Source of the DNA: Botryllus schlosseri
Lineage: Eukaryota
Length of the DNA: 64,000 nucleotides
NCBI GenBank assembly: GCA_051294905.1
Contig: CM119371.1
Coordinates: 9,610,001-9,674,000 of the forward strand
Direction of reading: 5' to 3'
Shown here: positions 49,301 through 63,179 of the stretch, piece by piece
Position numbering within the stretch: position 1 is the first letter of the stretch
Layout of the letters: each line of letters opens with the position of its first letter
Notes under the pieces: generated by a model
The model's database searches: none
Told to the model about the DNA's origin: nothing
The model's input: the letters and a program-made list of their open reading frames with translations, nothing else
Position numbers and translations under genes: made by a program

Positions 49301-51739
49301 AATCCCTGCTCATACTGCACTGTCCTTGAAGTGATTTGTAAGGAAATGGTGGATATGGAGTACCTGCTGACTTGTTCCCCTCAAAACAGTCCAAAACCCT
49401 ACGAAAATTGTTTCTTGTGAGTCGAAGAGCCCTATGTATTTATAGCCCATTCTGCACATTCTCTCTGTTCTGATGTCATGTGGGCAAAGTAGATAATCTG
49501 CATATGACTAGCTTTGTTGGTTTCTAACCCTTGATTCATGCGATGGCGTTGAAGATTCACTTCAAGGTTACACGATGGGGATTCCATATCTGGATCACCA
49601 GATGACAATGTAGGATTTGTATGTGCAGCATCCATAACATTGGATGAATACAGTTGACACGGCATGGAGTTCAGGGTCAGTCTTCTTGCAATGCGCGTAT
49701 CTTCTGCTTCACCACGGAGATTGTCGCTCCGTAAACGGTGGTTGAGCGTATTTTCGGATCGTATGTATAGAGAGCAGTGATGCAATAAATCGTATACGAA
49801 TGAGGGTCTAATAGTAGAAGCTCATCTCCCCATAGGTTCGGTTTATCACCCTATATCGGGGTTCCAATACCAGCATTTGGGTGGGGTAACAAAGAGCTGT
49901 GTCGGTCTTTCCTACACTATTTTGGCTACTCCTAACAACTGCGCAATATACGACAAGATATGCTTACCTGATACCAGGGCATAGTGCATTTGCATATCCG
50001 TACAGGTTATACGCTCGGAATTGCAGATGTCCGCTTTGGACCTGAGATCGCATTTCGGTTGGAATCTTATCGTTCAAAACATCGGTTGATCCTTGGTCAA
50101 AAGTCACTGGTACCGTGACAGAGTCAGCGTCCGATTGTGCTGCAGAATGAGTTGTTATAACATTGACACGACGAGCACAGATATCGGGCTTCTCTTAGGC
50201 TAAATATTTGATGAATGAGGTCACGCAGTAAATATAGGCCTACTCGCATAACTACTATTGTTGTAGTAGTTGCAAAATCAGAAGATCGTATAGTCTCAGT
50301 GCTCATATATGTTTATGCCGTTTTTTCATTTTATTCAAAATCAGGTATGAAAATTTATCACGGGTATCAATATAATATACCAAAGCACGTCTTTAGCCAG
50401 GTCAGACTTATTTCGTATCTCTTCTTTGTGAACGACCAAGTAGACAGAGCACGATTATTCATGTAAATACGAGACAAAATCCTTACTCAGAGATACTATA
50501 TGAAGAGTGATGATATGTAATGCTACCTGCATGTTATTTGAGGGTAATAGGCTGTTTCACGATTCTCGATATTTCATTGCGGTTTATCCAAGTAAGCATT
50601 GTGCCAAAGTAAAGTTGAGGAACAGAAATTATTCAAGTGGTTATGTAAATTGAAGAATATTTTAGTATATTCGTTTTCGTATGTTCTGGGTATCTTTCAC
50701 GTCTCTCGATCTCTCTTTTCTCTCTATGTCTATATATATACCTTTCATCAGATCATATTGAAACGTGCGGACAGTTTTCAAAATAGAATCTGCAAATACA
50801 TCAAGGTCGGATGTGTCATAAATCTTTCCGTTTACGCTGCAACAACATCAGTGGAAACTTGATTCAGAAAAAATACAGAATTACTCCTGAAAATGTTTTA
50901 CCGAGAAAGTAGTATGTTGCCAAACAGTACTCTGGCGGGGTATCCATCAATTTCGTATTCCACATTCCTATATCCATAATTGTTGAAATATCTATACGTT
51001 TCGAGAATCCCCGATGGATGTTTGGAATTCCACGCCTGTCATGAACAATTATGCGTATAAATTGATATCATTGTATTTCGAGCCAATGGTGACATAATTC
51101 GCAAAATTGAGTTGAGTTGTATATTCGATAGTAGTGCATGGTGGATACACAAGTTCTCTGGTCGACTCCGATCCTAAAACAGGGCCGGATTATTGAAATG
51201 ACCAAGATAATATACGAAAAAAACTCCGATGATAAGGATCTACGAGTAGCTATTTCTTCTGAACTACAAAGACAGTACATCATACGGTACGGATTCAGGT
51301 TAAATATTCAAAATTACAACAAAAGAAACTTGACAAGAAAGAGACACTCACAGGTTTGTATTGGCGGCTACTGGAGTGTGGTTGCTAATTAAAACAGCCA
51401 TGCTCATGAATTGCCCCGATAGTAATACTGACCGCATCAAAAGAGTATAGGAATCTGGCTCCAAACCAGTCAAAATTGAGATTAAACGGCTGGATTTATC
51501 AGCCCGGCTCCGCGGTCTATACTCCGCTCTACTCGCTAGGGATTATTCGGGTATGACAAACCCTTAGCGGTTAACTGTAGAACTTCGTCCGGCTCTTCAA
51601 GTCCACGCTTGGAGCTGTATAGAATATTGCTGTATACCGGCTAATATACTCATATATGCTACCAATATTCAGACTCTTATACGTCACCATCGCAATACAG
51701 GTGAGCATGCCATAAATGTTTGCCTGTGTTAACAAGTTG

Positions 51740-53330
51740 ATACGGTGTAGCGATCCGAGTGATTATCGACTAGCTCAACTTTTTACAGGAATGTGATGGA
51801 TATGTTTATTTTGAATGTGTTTTGTACTAGGGATGGTGTGAACCTCTGAAAGGTTCAGGTTCGTGCGAACGCGAACCTTTTTGAAAGGTTCTGTGTGAAC
51901 ACGAACGTGAACCTCATGACGTCACGTGACGTCATATTGCTAATTCCAACCCCATCCTTCAATGAAATGATAGCCTACAATAATGTGCAGATTGTACACG
52001 ATACCTAGCGACATAATGTCTCAATGCTGAAGTATCCTATACTGACGCTTTAAACGTCGCCAAATGTATCAACTGGGGAAATCAAATGATATAATAATCT
52101 CGTAAAATCAATATCTTCCGCCGCTTTGCCAACAATTTCGATGAGGACTTACCAGGGAATATAATGACAGGAAAGGAAGTAGTTTATTTTTGTCCTTGAT
52201 GGTTTTTTGCCGCATATACACCGAATCATGACATAAATACACACTATCTGCGAATATGCCCACCATGAGTACATGATGTGCATATGCCGCCAGGCAAGGA
52301 AGATGCAGATATAGCCTTGTAGCAGTGTTTGGGATGACTCGAGTCATGATTTTACTTAAGTCAAACTCGAATCACCTTTTCATATGAGACCGGAAAATGT
52401 ATTCGACATCATATATTGATATTGAGCAGAGTGTGAAACGGGTATCTATGCTTGCTACTGATATTATATTACCCCATTAACAATTCATTCAGTCAATCGC
52501 ACCGATTTGGTTTTAATGATACAGTAAACATGAAGTGAAGTTTGACCCCGTAAGCCTGCTAGTTTTTTTACATCAGAAAACGATATCAATCTCATTGATT
52601 GGTTGAATAAGCATCATTCTCTGACTACATAGCTTATTTCGCTCGTGATGTTTGTGATTGCGGGTCAAGCTCGCAGCATAGAGTCATTAAATATTTACAA
52701 ACGGAAAGCAGGATCTTTCGGGCAAACTTTTGTAACAAAGCAAGCAAAACTTTTGAGATTGTCACGATGAATGCTCGTTTAGTGTCGATTTTTTTTTATG
52801 CTGCCAGCGCCATGAATAGATTGGCCTGTCGTTAACATGCAATAAATTTAAACCAGCAATGTTATAATGAAGTGAAAATTGTAACATATGAAAAAGGTTC
52901 ACAGTGCAGAACCTACCAAGGTTCTGTTGTGAACGCGAACCTCTAAATTTCCGAGGTTCACACACAGAACGCGAACGTGAACCTCACGTTCACACCATCC
53001 CTATTTTGTACCGTATCGAGAAGGATGAAGTGATGCGAATATGGAACAAGTCTGCTGTAGATCTATAAACATGTAAATGAATATATGGCTGGCAGTACTG
53101 AACTTGAGTATTGCTTTTAGAACTACATTTCATTGCAGTATAGAATTTATTAACTTGAATACGTTAACTCTTGGTAAGGGGCACACGAAAAGCCTTCGAG
53201 TTGATAAATTCTGTACTGCAATGAATGCAGTTCTAAAAGCAGTGCTCAAAAATGTAAATGTATATATAAGGGCTATATCTAGCCAAAACATCAAGATCAG
53301 TACCAACAAAATTGAACTGCCAAATACGTT
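51740..53330 (+). repeat. Interspersed repeat, second copy at about 56340-56720; this copy is split by a hAT MITE
   Basis: TACGGTGTAGCGATCCGAGTGATTATCGACTAGC... and CCGTATCGAGAAGGA...GCCAAAACATCAA are shared between the copies. Confidence 0.8.
51828..53003. mobile_element. hAT element (TAGGGATGGTGTGAAC family)
   Basis: TIRs TAGGGATGGTGTGAAC / GTTCACACCATCCCTA; exact 8-bp TSD TTTTGTAC at 51820-51827 and 53004-53011; inverted partial copy at 62531 to about 63060. Confidence 0.92.
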
Positions 53331-55010
53331 CCTGAATGTATCCATTATAAATGAGAAAACTGCATTATATATTCCAAAGTACAGGCGCTGTCTTATTTTC
53401 TGTTATAAATAGTAATGTCTACAATAATTGGGCCCTAATAACAAACAATGTTCGTCAGGATGGAAATGTCGATCATTGGTTGTAAATATCTTTAAAGAAA
53501 CATACCTTGGTGTTTGACACATAGAAGTAAAAGCGACACTCTGTCTTTAGTTTCTGACTAGGCTCATAAAACTGAATCCCACGATAATAAATCTCGAAGT
53601 TTCCAAGTTGTCTCTTTCCCGAGAATTCGGTGGTATTACTATCTTCACCATTAATTCTGTATGACCGTTCCTGTTGCATGAACAGAAACAAGATAGGTCA
53701 AGTTTATATTTCGTCTATATCATTGGTAATCTTATATATTGCTAATAATATTTCAAACTTTTTAAACCCATGTGATCAAATTAACCGAAAGAACAGAGGG
53801 ACGTGTTCACTTCCGAAAGCCAGCACAGGACCATAGGCGCCTGTCCATAATGAACAATTGGAAAAATGGACCAACATCCCAGGGTCATTCTCGGCGACCA
53901 AGAATTCATTTTGTAACACACTTCGCGAATGGACATGTTTACGGCAACTTCATAAGTCTTGGAGTGTCGTGTTACGGTAATGGCCGGCGCCGCATTTCCA
54001 CGGATTCGAAAAATACAGGAAAATGAAGTAGGCTACTTCACTTCTTTATTTAAAAATAGGTCCTTCGATGTGAAAAATAAACGAAGTTGTATCAGAATAA
54101 TGCGATTTGGGGAAAACTATAATATGATTGATAAATGAGTTGATTGTAGTCTAATTGAGTGCTCTCTCAAAGCATGTGGGCAAACAGAGCAAGAATATAC
54201 TCACCCCTATTAGGTAGTAACTGCTATATCTAAAATCGTTTCTCACTAATACCAATCCCATCGATGGAGATGTAGAAGTTCTGAATACTGTTGAGAGACA
54301 TGGCAACCTAAATGAATTGATATGTATTTAACTATATATCAACCCTTTGCAACTGCCCTGGGAGACTCAAAATCATATTGTAGACTTGTAATTGACCCTG
54401 ATCACCTTCAAGGCGAAGCATCCTCAATTCATATGACAGGAATATGAACGTTTTATAGCAATGCGCTATCGTACTTATATGAAGGTATACCCGACGGCTC
54501 AGAAAAATATACGGACGTTGGTGCAGCATTTTGTATCGGGGAATTTGAATATTCTCTTTTGGTCTCTCGTAGCAATAAATAATTAATATTTTCGGAATTG
54601 TACGCAATTTGTTAACGTTCAAATTGGGCTAGCAACGTATGTATACTAAGTTTGCTCAGAATTAAGCGACTGTCAATAAGTCGTGGTTTTGCAACCGTTT
54701 TCCAGCCTTTTTTTTAGTGAAAAACGTGTCCTAACTACTGTTTCTTTAATTCATCCCTTGTATCTGAGTGCATGATCAATGATCATAGACCACGTTATAA
54801 CCACCCGACCGCGGCATTGTAGTTTCACATTGGTAAGCATTGGGAACAAGTCAGTGACCCTGTTTTCAGAAGGGGAAAGAGAGCACTGAGTTTACAGTTA
54901 TGTGTAAAAGTGGACCGAAAAGTAGGTATTTATAGAACCGAAAGCGCCAATGCGGAACCGTTATATGCAGTTTACATCAATGAGCTACAGGGAGAATATA
55001 TTAGTTACAC

Positions 55011-55626
55011 CATAGTGTCCTATATGGTGTCGACACAAGCAAATCTCACGGCTCAGTGAAATTGTATCACGTCACAATTTCCATTTGGATACAGGCAATT
55101 TGACGGTCATTTTTGACCGGCTTGCCGAGCATTAAATTTGGTAAAACGGATATCAATCGAAAGCTGACTCTTCACTGATTACGAAAATATAAATTTTATT
55201 CCGATCGCGGCCCTGGAACCCCCACAATCAGCCTCTAGTTTTCCATTGTTATGGAAATTGGCATTGGGACGCAACAATGCTGTCTAGCGAAACGAGAGAA
55301 TAGCTCAAGAAAAAAGGACCCAGACAGCATTGTTGCGTCTCTCGTTTCGCCAGACAGCATTGTTGCGTCCCAATGCCAATCTCCATAACAATGAAAAATT
55401 AGAGGCTGATTGTGGGGGTTCCAGGGCCGCGAGCGGAATACAATTTATATTTTCGTAATCAGTGAAGAGTCAGCTTTCGATTGATACCCGTTTCACCAAA
55501 TTCAATGCTCGGCATGCCGGTCAAAAAAGACCGTCAAATTGCCAGTAGCCAAATGGAAATTGTGACGTGAATCAATTTCACTGAGCCGTGAGATTTGCTT
55601 GTGTCGACACCATATAGTACACTATG
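55011..55626. mobile_element. 616-bp Galileo-like foldback element (almost pure palindrome)
   Basis: Same TIR family as 11127-13957; exact 7-bp TSD GTTACAC at 55004-55010 and 55627-55633. Confidence 0.9.
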
Positions 55627-55660
55627 GTTACACAAAAATACAATTCAAATATATATGGTC

Positions 55661-56083
55661 CAGGGATGTATAGAACTCCGGAATGGCTGACTCCGTCAAT
55701 TGCGTCATCGCGGTCATGCACAAGTGGGGTCATTTTCGCGCACTCACTTCAGATAGGATTGCTGACAGCACTTTGTTTGTGCATAACTTGGAGACTTGGT
55801 ATCGCCTATCAAGTTTGTGATTGGTGGTAAATACGTATGGTGTCAATATAGAAACGTTTATACAGCTAGAAGACTCATGTGATGTTCAGGTAGCTTATTA
55901 TTTTATCAGTATTGGTTATGTAACTTCAGCTGCAGGTTATTATCGCCCGGCACTACCGGTATGCCGGTACGATATATCGCTGGTATTCGCAATATCTCCG
56001 CTTATCGAGTATGTTTTGCTGCATTGATAAGCGTAGGTGCAGATCAGGATGTAGCAGAATGTGGATAATTACATTTCAGGATG
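55661..56083 (+). mobile_element. Truncated left end of the 33086-36050 hAT family
   Basis: Direct similarity to about 33086-33510. Confidence 0.85.
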
Positions 56084-56789
56084 ATGACACATTAGCTTCA
56101 GACATGTCACTGAATGACTGAAACAGTATTAGTATCATATGATGAACTTTGATACCGGTACTGGTTTTTAAATATGATATTATTAATAACTACAGCTCTC
56201 AGTCTATCTATTTCCACTTAGAAATATTTTACCTTTTCAGAATTTTGTGTCGAGGACATGGAGACACGTTAAATGTTGATTGGAGTAAACAGGATTGCTA
56301 ACGGGTGGTTATAATGTCTTAGAGAGCATGTTTGACATTTTCTACGGTGTAGCGATCCGAGTGATTATCGACTAGCCTAACTTTTTACAGAAATATGATG
56401 GATATAATGTTTATTTTGAATGTATTTTATACCGTATCGAGAAGGACGAAGTGATGCGAATATGGAACAAGTCGGCTGTAGATCTATAAACATGTAAATG
56501 AATGTATGCCTGGCAGTACTGAACTTGAGTATTGCTTTTAGAACTGCATTCATTGCAGTATATAATTTATTAACTTGAAGACGTTAACTCTTTATAAGGG
56601 GCACAGGAAAAGCCTTCGAGTTGATAAATTCTTAACTGCAATGAATGCAGTTCTAAAAGCAATGCTCAAAAATGTAAATGTAGGCCTATATATAAGGGAT
56701 ATATCTAGCCAAAACATCAAAACACCGGTATTGTACCAGTACAGTAATTAACGAAGATAGGAAATCAAGTTTGAAGGCAGCAGCTAATG

Positions 56790-57865
56790 CACGGGCGGGC
56801 AACATACGGCCCGCGGACAGATTTTCGTATTACATGATAATGGGGCCCGCGGCCCCAGTCCCCGGGATTCCCCACTACTTGCTTACTATGTCAAAGTTTA
56901 GTGAATGTATGTGATAATATACCTGTATAGTGTATGCTCATTGCTCAGCGTTGCGAGAGTGGAGCTTACGCGTAAGTTCGTCGAAGCGAGAAGACTTGCA
57001 TAATCGTCATTTAAGATGCACTCAACCCTAGTTTCCAGTCGTGGCTTTTGGGGTGGGCGAGGTGGGCGGTCGCCCGGTCCCCCCTGGTCAAAGCCCCCCC
57101 CCCCTATTTGGATTTTGCGCTTTTTTCAAGGATAATAACGAATAAACATGGAACTACGTGTACCAAGCAATACTATGATTCCGATTCATCATCAAATCTC
57201 TGCATTTGTTAGAAAAGTCCTGTATCCCGATAATCATCACGTCTCTGCATGCGGTAGAATTACTTAGTTTTTATGTAGTCTATCCTTGCACACAAGCAAT
57301 AAAAGACATGGCCGAATCCAGCACCTGGCCAAACCTTGCGGGGGTGAAAGATAGACAATAATAACATATGCGAAAGGGGGGTCTGGTGGGCGGATCCCCC
57401 CAAAAGTTACGGTTGGATACTTGAAGGAGGCCCAGGGGTCTCGCCCGGGTCGCATGAATTCAATATCGAGATTAATCAGGCCACACAGTTGAACAACAAC
57501 GCTATCTCGTCACCTACTCCACCCTAATGAATTGATATTTTGGTAGATTAGGGTTACCGGGCTTATCGAACGCCTTGAAATCTTGATCAAGGATTGCACC
57601 GTGTGTTGATTGATCAGAGAGAAGCAGACATGGCGGCGCCTGTATGACAATGTTTTTTTTCTCAAATCCACATTGCCTTCGCCATTATCGGCGAGAAATG
57701 GCGTTGAAGTGACATCGCTATCGTTAAAATACATTCATTGAATACGATTTATTTCTTGTATATGTGTATAAATGGGCGAATAATGTATCGATTGAGTAAT
57801 CCGGCCCGCCAAGTACCTAATTTTTCTATTTCCGGCCCGCCGACTGGAGAAGTTGCCCGCCTCTG
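56790..57865. mobile_element. hAT element with nested GC-rich MITE pieces
   Basis: Ends CACGGGCGGGCAAC / GTTGCCCGCCTCTG; TSD AGCTAATG / ATCTAATG (1 mismatch). Confidence 0.8.
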
Positions 57866-58012
57866 ATCTAATGGATAATTTGTCTCTAGAAATTTCGTAA
57901 AATAGGTGTCTGAGTCTGGGTTTGATTATGGTTCATACTTGCTGCGTTCCTGGTTGCAGGACCGGGTACAGAGCTAAGAAAGGGACATCAAGTGAGGCTG
58001 GTGACTCTATAT

Positions 58013-60188
58013 TGGGGTTACCATATTTTTGTGGAGCAAATTCCGGACACTCTTCAGCACCCACTAACGGATTTTATGATGATGTATGACATATTGTCTG
58101 TCAATCAGTGTTGGGATGACTCGAGTCATGACTTGACTCGAGTCAACTTTTTTGCATGACTTATCTTGACTCGAGTCACTTTGCTAAAATGACTTGACTT
58201 GACTCGGTGTATCAGAAATGTGGATTGACTCGTGACTCGGAGCAAAACTCACGAGTCAATTTCAAGTCATCAATTAATCGCTGTCGATAAAAATCACTGT
58301 ATCTTGCATATGTTCGGATTGTTCGCGAAATGCTGGTGAAACCCATGAGAGCGACCAATCATTCAATGACCGTACATTTACTGGGCCTCCATTGTTCTCA
58401 CACAAATAAATTGGCCACAAATGAAGTGATCGAAGCTTACAGCTCAAGTTGCAGTAAACTAGAAGTAAAGTAATATAATAGAAAATTATATATTTCTGTT
58501 CTCTGTTCTTACGTTTAACCGAACCTCTAGTTTTATTGATTTTGAATTTGAATATAGTTTATATACTCCTCAACCATTGGCGCAGGCTCGAATTGTTTCA
58601 AATCAAAATGTAAATGGGTAAAGAGTAATGTATTGCATCTTATCAATTCATCTTATCAATTCGCGATACATCGCCTTGTTAAGTGTATATTCAACTCTAT
58701 ATTCGTTCATTGGTTCGAAAGCAATGACCACCCAACCTGTATTACAGACAGCTAGGAAAATGTAATGACGTAATCATGCCTCATACTACGAAATAGCAAC
58801 TTGACTTCAATTTTGACTTGACTCGTGACTTGACTTGACTTGACTCGAGTCACCTTCGAAAACCGATTGACTTGACTTGACTCGAGTCAAAATGTGCAAT
58901 GACTCGAAATGAGTCGTGACTCGAAGGTAGTGACTTGATCCCAACACTGCTGTAAATATGACGTCACACTAGCAAAGCTATGTCTATCGATCAGAGGTGG
59001 TCGTGATCCGGATCAAGAGCCGCTATATTCTTATGTCGATGCATTTATGTGGTTGTTCTGTGTGTCGTAACCAGGACCGAAGCAACATTTTCTCCAGCCC
59101 CCTCCCGTCCAAATAAATACTGATCTTGAGCCCCCCATAGGGTAATCGATGCATCTTCTGGGAGGATTACAATATAGCCTACATCTGGTTTCTATATGCA
59201 TCTGGTCATTAAATTTCGTGAATGAACTCTGACTATAATACTGGTTCCCGTGTATTAGCCTACTATAAAATTTTGATCCGCTCACCGCCCACATGCTGAT
59301 TATAGTTAGCGGGAGAGCTGGTGGAGGATGATGACCTCGAAAATGCAAGGAACGTAATTATACATACATAGTAAAGGCATGCCATGTCACACGAATAAAA
59401 CTATTCAGAGCCTAAATGCCGCTCCGCTCCATCAGGTTGCACACCCGGTGGTTTTCAACATTTTATGGTCGCGACTTCATTTCTAATTTGAAAATGTTCT
59501 GTGGCCCAGCTCATTACTGAAAAACGGTCAGCACCTGTTTATCTTAGCGAACCCCCGAATAAAGGCAAACGACTCCCAGGTGACTAAAAAAAAGGTCATC
59601 TTTCTCAGCTCAGAGCTCAAAATAACGTATTTATCTCCGCATTGCTAGGTGGATGACTAAAAAAAAAAAAAAAAAAGATCAGCCGTTTTGTTGCGTCATC
59701 GCCCCCTTGTCTAATTTCGCCTCCTGTCGCCCTTTTTGTCCATTTCGCCCCCCTATCGCCCCCTTCGTCATTTTCGCCCCCTGGACCGCCAAATCGCCCA
59801 CGTTGGGAACCACTGATCCAAACGGCCTTAACCGACTCTAGGAATATACCATTCTCACATAATTGCGATTACAATTAGACTTAAAACAGTAAATGATGGA
59901 TAATTTATTTATTTATTCACAACTGCATGTTTTGCGAGGGCGGTGGCTCACATACTAGAATATATGAATGTGAAACTACATCGCGCACATGGCGCGAAGA
60001 AAAATTTCTAGTGGCACAAATCTGCCCAAAAATAATATATTTTTTGTTGATTTACGAAAAAAAATTATCCTATTTCAAGCCTTCAAAATTCCGGACATTT
60101 AGGCATATTTTAGAAATTCCTCCCGGACACAGTTTGAACGGTGAAATTCCGGACATGTCCGGAAAATTCCGGACGAATGGCAACCCTA
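58013..60188 (-). mobile_element. hAT-type element (TAGGGTTGCC family) inserted in the THAP domain
   Basis: Ends TGGGGTTACCAT / ATGGCAACCCTA; exact 8-bp TSD CTCTATAT at 58005-58012 and 60189-60196. Confidence 0.92.
58106..58949. mobile_element. hAT MITE (GACTCGAGTC-rich), nested
   Basis: TIRs CAGTGTTGGGAT / ATCCCAACACTG; TSD CTGTCAAT / CTGTAAAT (1 mismatch). Confidence 0.88.
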
Positions 60189-62530
60189 CTCTATATCAAC
60201 TTGTAATTTCCCAAAAGACAGTGTTTTGAAAGAACAGTGGGTGAGAGCTATTCCAAGGAAAAATTGGACAGTATCGGGAGGACACAGAGTATGTAAGAAG
60301 CATTTCAGTCCAGAAGATTTTCAATCCTTCACATATGACACTAACACAGCACGTCGACGTAGTCGAGAGTCAGCATCGTTGCGCAGGCCAAATTTGAGTC
60401 CAAATGCATTACCCATATTTTTTTTATTATAATCCTCGGATTATCCTTGATCGGGGATAATCCGCGATTTATCAACGAAAAACTCACATAACCCCGCTTC
60501 TACTGGTCGGAATTGACTCAAATCTGTTTTGCAACATCTTTGATGACAGCTCAACAATTTCATGGGATTTGCAGAAAAATTTGGATTTTTTTTTAATTTT
60601 CCATGATAAATTAATTTTTTTTATTGGATATGCGGAGTCCTATACTTGTTAGAATCGAACCAAATTGCATGTGCAGCGTTTTTTAGGGTAACCTGACAAT
60701 TTAATCAGTGAATGGCAGGAATCCGTAAAAAAAGTTATTTTTGAACAGTTCTAGTGAACAGTGGTGATTGTGCGGATACTACTGCTCATATTGCATTAGC
60801 TATCAGTCATTTGAAAAGTTATGTAATGTCAAGAGACGGCGTCTCGGCCTTTAATGAACAGCCTGATGCTCTCATAAAATTTATAATGGCGCAATTGGAA
60901 ATGATTTCTCGGCCGAAGCAAGGCCGTCGGTACTCGTCAGACATCTTTGTAACGGTATTTCTGTGGAAATTAACCAGCACCAGTTTGTACAAGAAGCTCT
61001 AAACACTTTTTAATTTTGCCATCCATCAGTCACCTAAGGAGCAGTTGAATCGGGCGAGGTTGATATAAGCTAACTGATGGCAAGAACATGTGATTTGACA
61101 GAGTCCGAAAAAGTTGTCAGGCTTGTGATTGACGAGGTCTACACAGCTCAGCGTGTAGAATACACTAATAGGTCTTTTGTTGGATACACAGACGATGCTA
61201 CTCCATCTAAAACGGTATTGGCTTTCATGGTACAGTCATTCCATGGGAATGTTGTATGGTTGATTCCTGTGAGCACATTGGACACTAGCACACTGAGGAA
61301 ATGGTTTGACATTGTGATGAATGCTCTCAACGATTTCCTTTTTGTCGTTTCTTTATCTGTTGACAACCATGTGTGCAATAGGAAATTGTTTCTTGATCTG
61401 TGCGATGGACATCTTCGCCCAAGTGTGCCGCACCCACAACGTTTTGATGAGCAATTATTTCTGATTTTTGACTTCACCCACAACTTCAAGAACATTTACA
61501 ATCACCTCGTCAACAAAAATATCTGAATCTCCTAACCATGAATTTTGAGCATATTCTGGGTGAATCATGTACGCCGGAGTTCAGTCATATAAAAAAGCTG
61601 GAAGAAACGAAGACTCTAAAAATCGCTTCGAACTTGAAAAGGGTTTCACTAAATCCTAGCAATATAGCAAGGACCTCGCCGCAGCATGCATTGAGCATAT
61701 TCAGCGAATCAACTGCACGTGGCTTGCGATTCTATGGCAAGGACCATCCAGCCCTTTTGTCAACTGCACGTTTCATCGAAATCATCCACAATATCTGGAG
61801 CATTATGTCAGTTAAATCTCCAAATATAGTCATCAGAAAGAAAAATTTGATGTTTAAGCCTTTGGAACACATTGAAAGTGGGCATTCTGGATTATTATAC
61901 CTAAAATATGGCCTCCCTGGTTGATTGAATGTGTCACACAGCCCCGTTTCATGAAGTCCAAGTCCATGCAGATGTGCGTTTAGTCTACAATGCCCCGTTT
62001 ATATTCGAATGAGAATAGAGGATCCTCTAGGATAGGGCATTGCTTTTCAACCATTTTGAGCTCCGTTCGCACTTTTAATTGCACAAATTAACCGAAAGTT
62101 GTCATACAAAAAGAAGATGAAGATAGGCCGTTATACTGAACAACATTTTGTTCAGATGTGCAACAGATTGGCTACTATGTAGCTTGAGCTATCAAGTGTC
62201 TCATCATGCTCGTTTTGATATAAACTATATTTCCCTAAAACCTTTCTCGGCGAAGCAAGTTGTTGGGTTTTGTACAAGAATGTCTACTAGTGCTCGGATG
62301 GCCAGGTCTTAAAATATGTTCTGCACTCCTGTCGAAAATACAGCGTATTTTCCGAGAGTGGATAATGCTTGCTGGCAGACATGTTTTTGAGAGCTGACAC
62401 AAAGCTCCTGGAGGCTCCAGTTTGCCGAAAGGGTGAAGAACTCACATGTTTGCATTGAGGATTCTGCCTTATGTCTTGGAACATAAGGTCCAAAACGATC
62501 AAGGAGAGTAGGCACATTAGAGCTCGCTAC

Positions 62531-63060
62531 TAGGGTTGGTTTGAACGTAAGCGTCACGTTCGCATTCTATGTGTGAACCTCAGAAATTTAGATGCTCACG
62601 CTCACAAACGAACATTTGTAGGTTCTGCACTTTTTAATATATTATAATTTCCATTTCATTTTAACATCATTGGTTGAAATTTATTCCATTTTAACTGCGG
62701 GTACCTCTATGCATGGTGCTGGCCACATGGAAAATCAACACTAAACGAGCATGCACCTTTCCAATTTCAGAAATTTCACTTGCTTTGTTACAAAAGTTTG
62801 CTCGAAATATCGAATTTGAATGTTTTTAATGTGAATATTTTATGACTTTCTGCTGTGAGCTTGATCGCAATCACCCACCATCAACAGCAAATATACTACA
62901 TGTATAGGTAGTCAGTGAATGATGCTTATTCAACCAATCAATGAAATTAATATCATTGTCTGATGTAAAAAATCTAGCAGGCGTACGGGTTAATTTCGAT
63001 TTCATATGCTTATTGTATCATAAAAACCAAATGCGTGCGATTGGGGTAGTTGGCTACTGA
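62531..63060 (-). mobile_element. Partial inverted copy of the 51828-53003 family
   Basis: Reverse complement of about 52430-53003. Confidence 0.75.
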
Positions 63061-63179
63061 TCCATACCTTGTTAATGGGGTGAGATCCTTAGCAGGTACA
63101 GAAATCCGTTTTACACTCTGCGCAATATCAACGTAGTAATACACCGACGCTTAATGCATTGTCCGGTCTGTGATTGCTC

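Larger units (their letters stand above)
57928..61924 (+). pseudogene. THAP + P-element-type (THAP9-like) transposase pseudogene, split at 58012/60197
   Basis: Rejoined N-terminus MVHTCCVPGC...FPKDSVLKEQWVRAIPRKNW...VCKKHF (THAP); LVIDEVY, SVDNHVCN and FDFTHNFKNIYN are P-type catalytic-region motifs; several stops and frameshifts. Confidence 0.9.

Noticed and set aside
49432-49785. 117-aa minus-strand ORF in the least repetitive part of the window
   Set aside because: No recognisable domain, and stops follow in frame; it cannot be supported as an exon without expression data.
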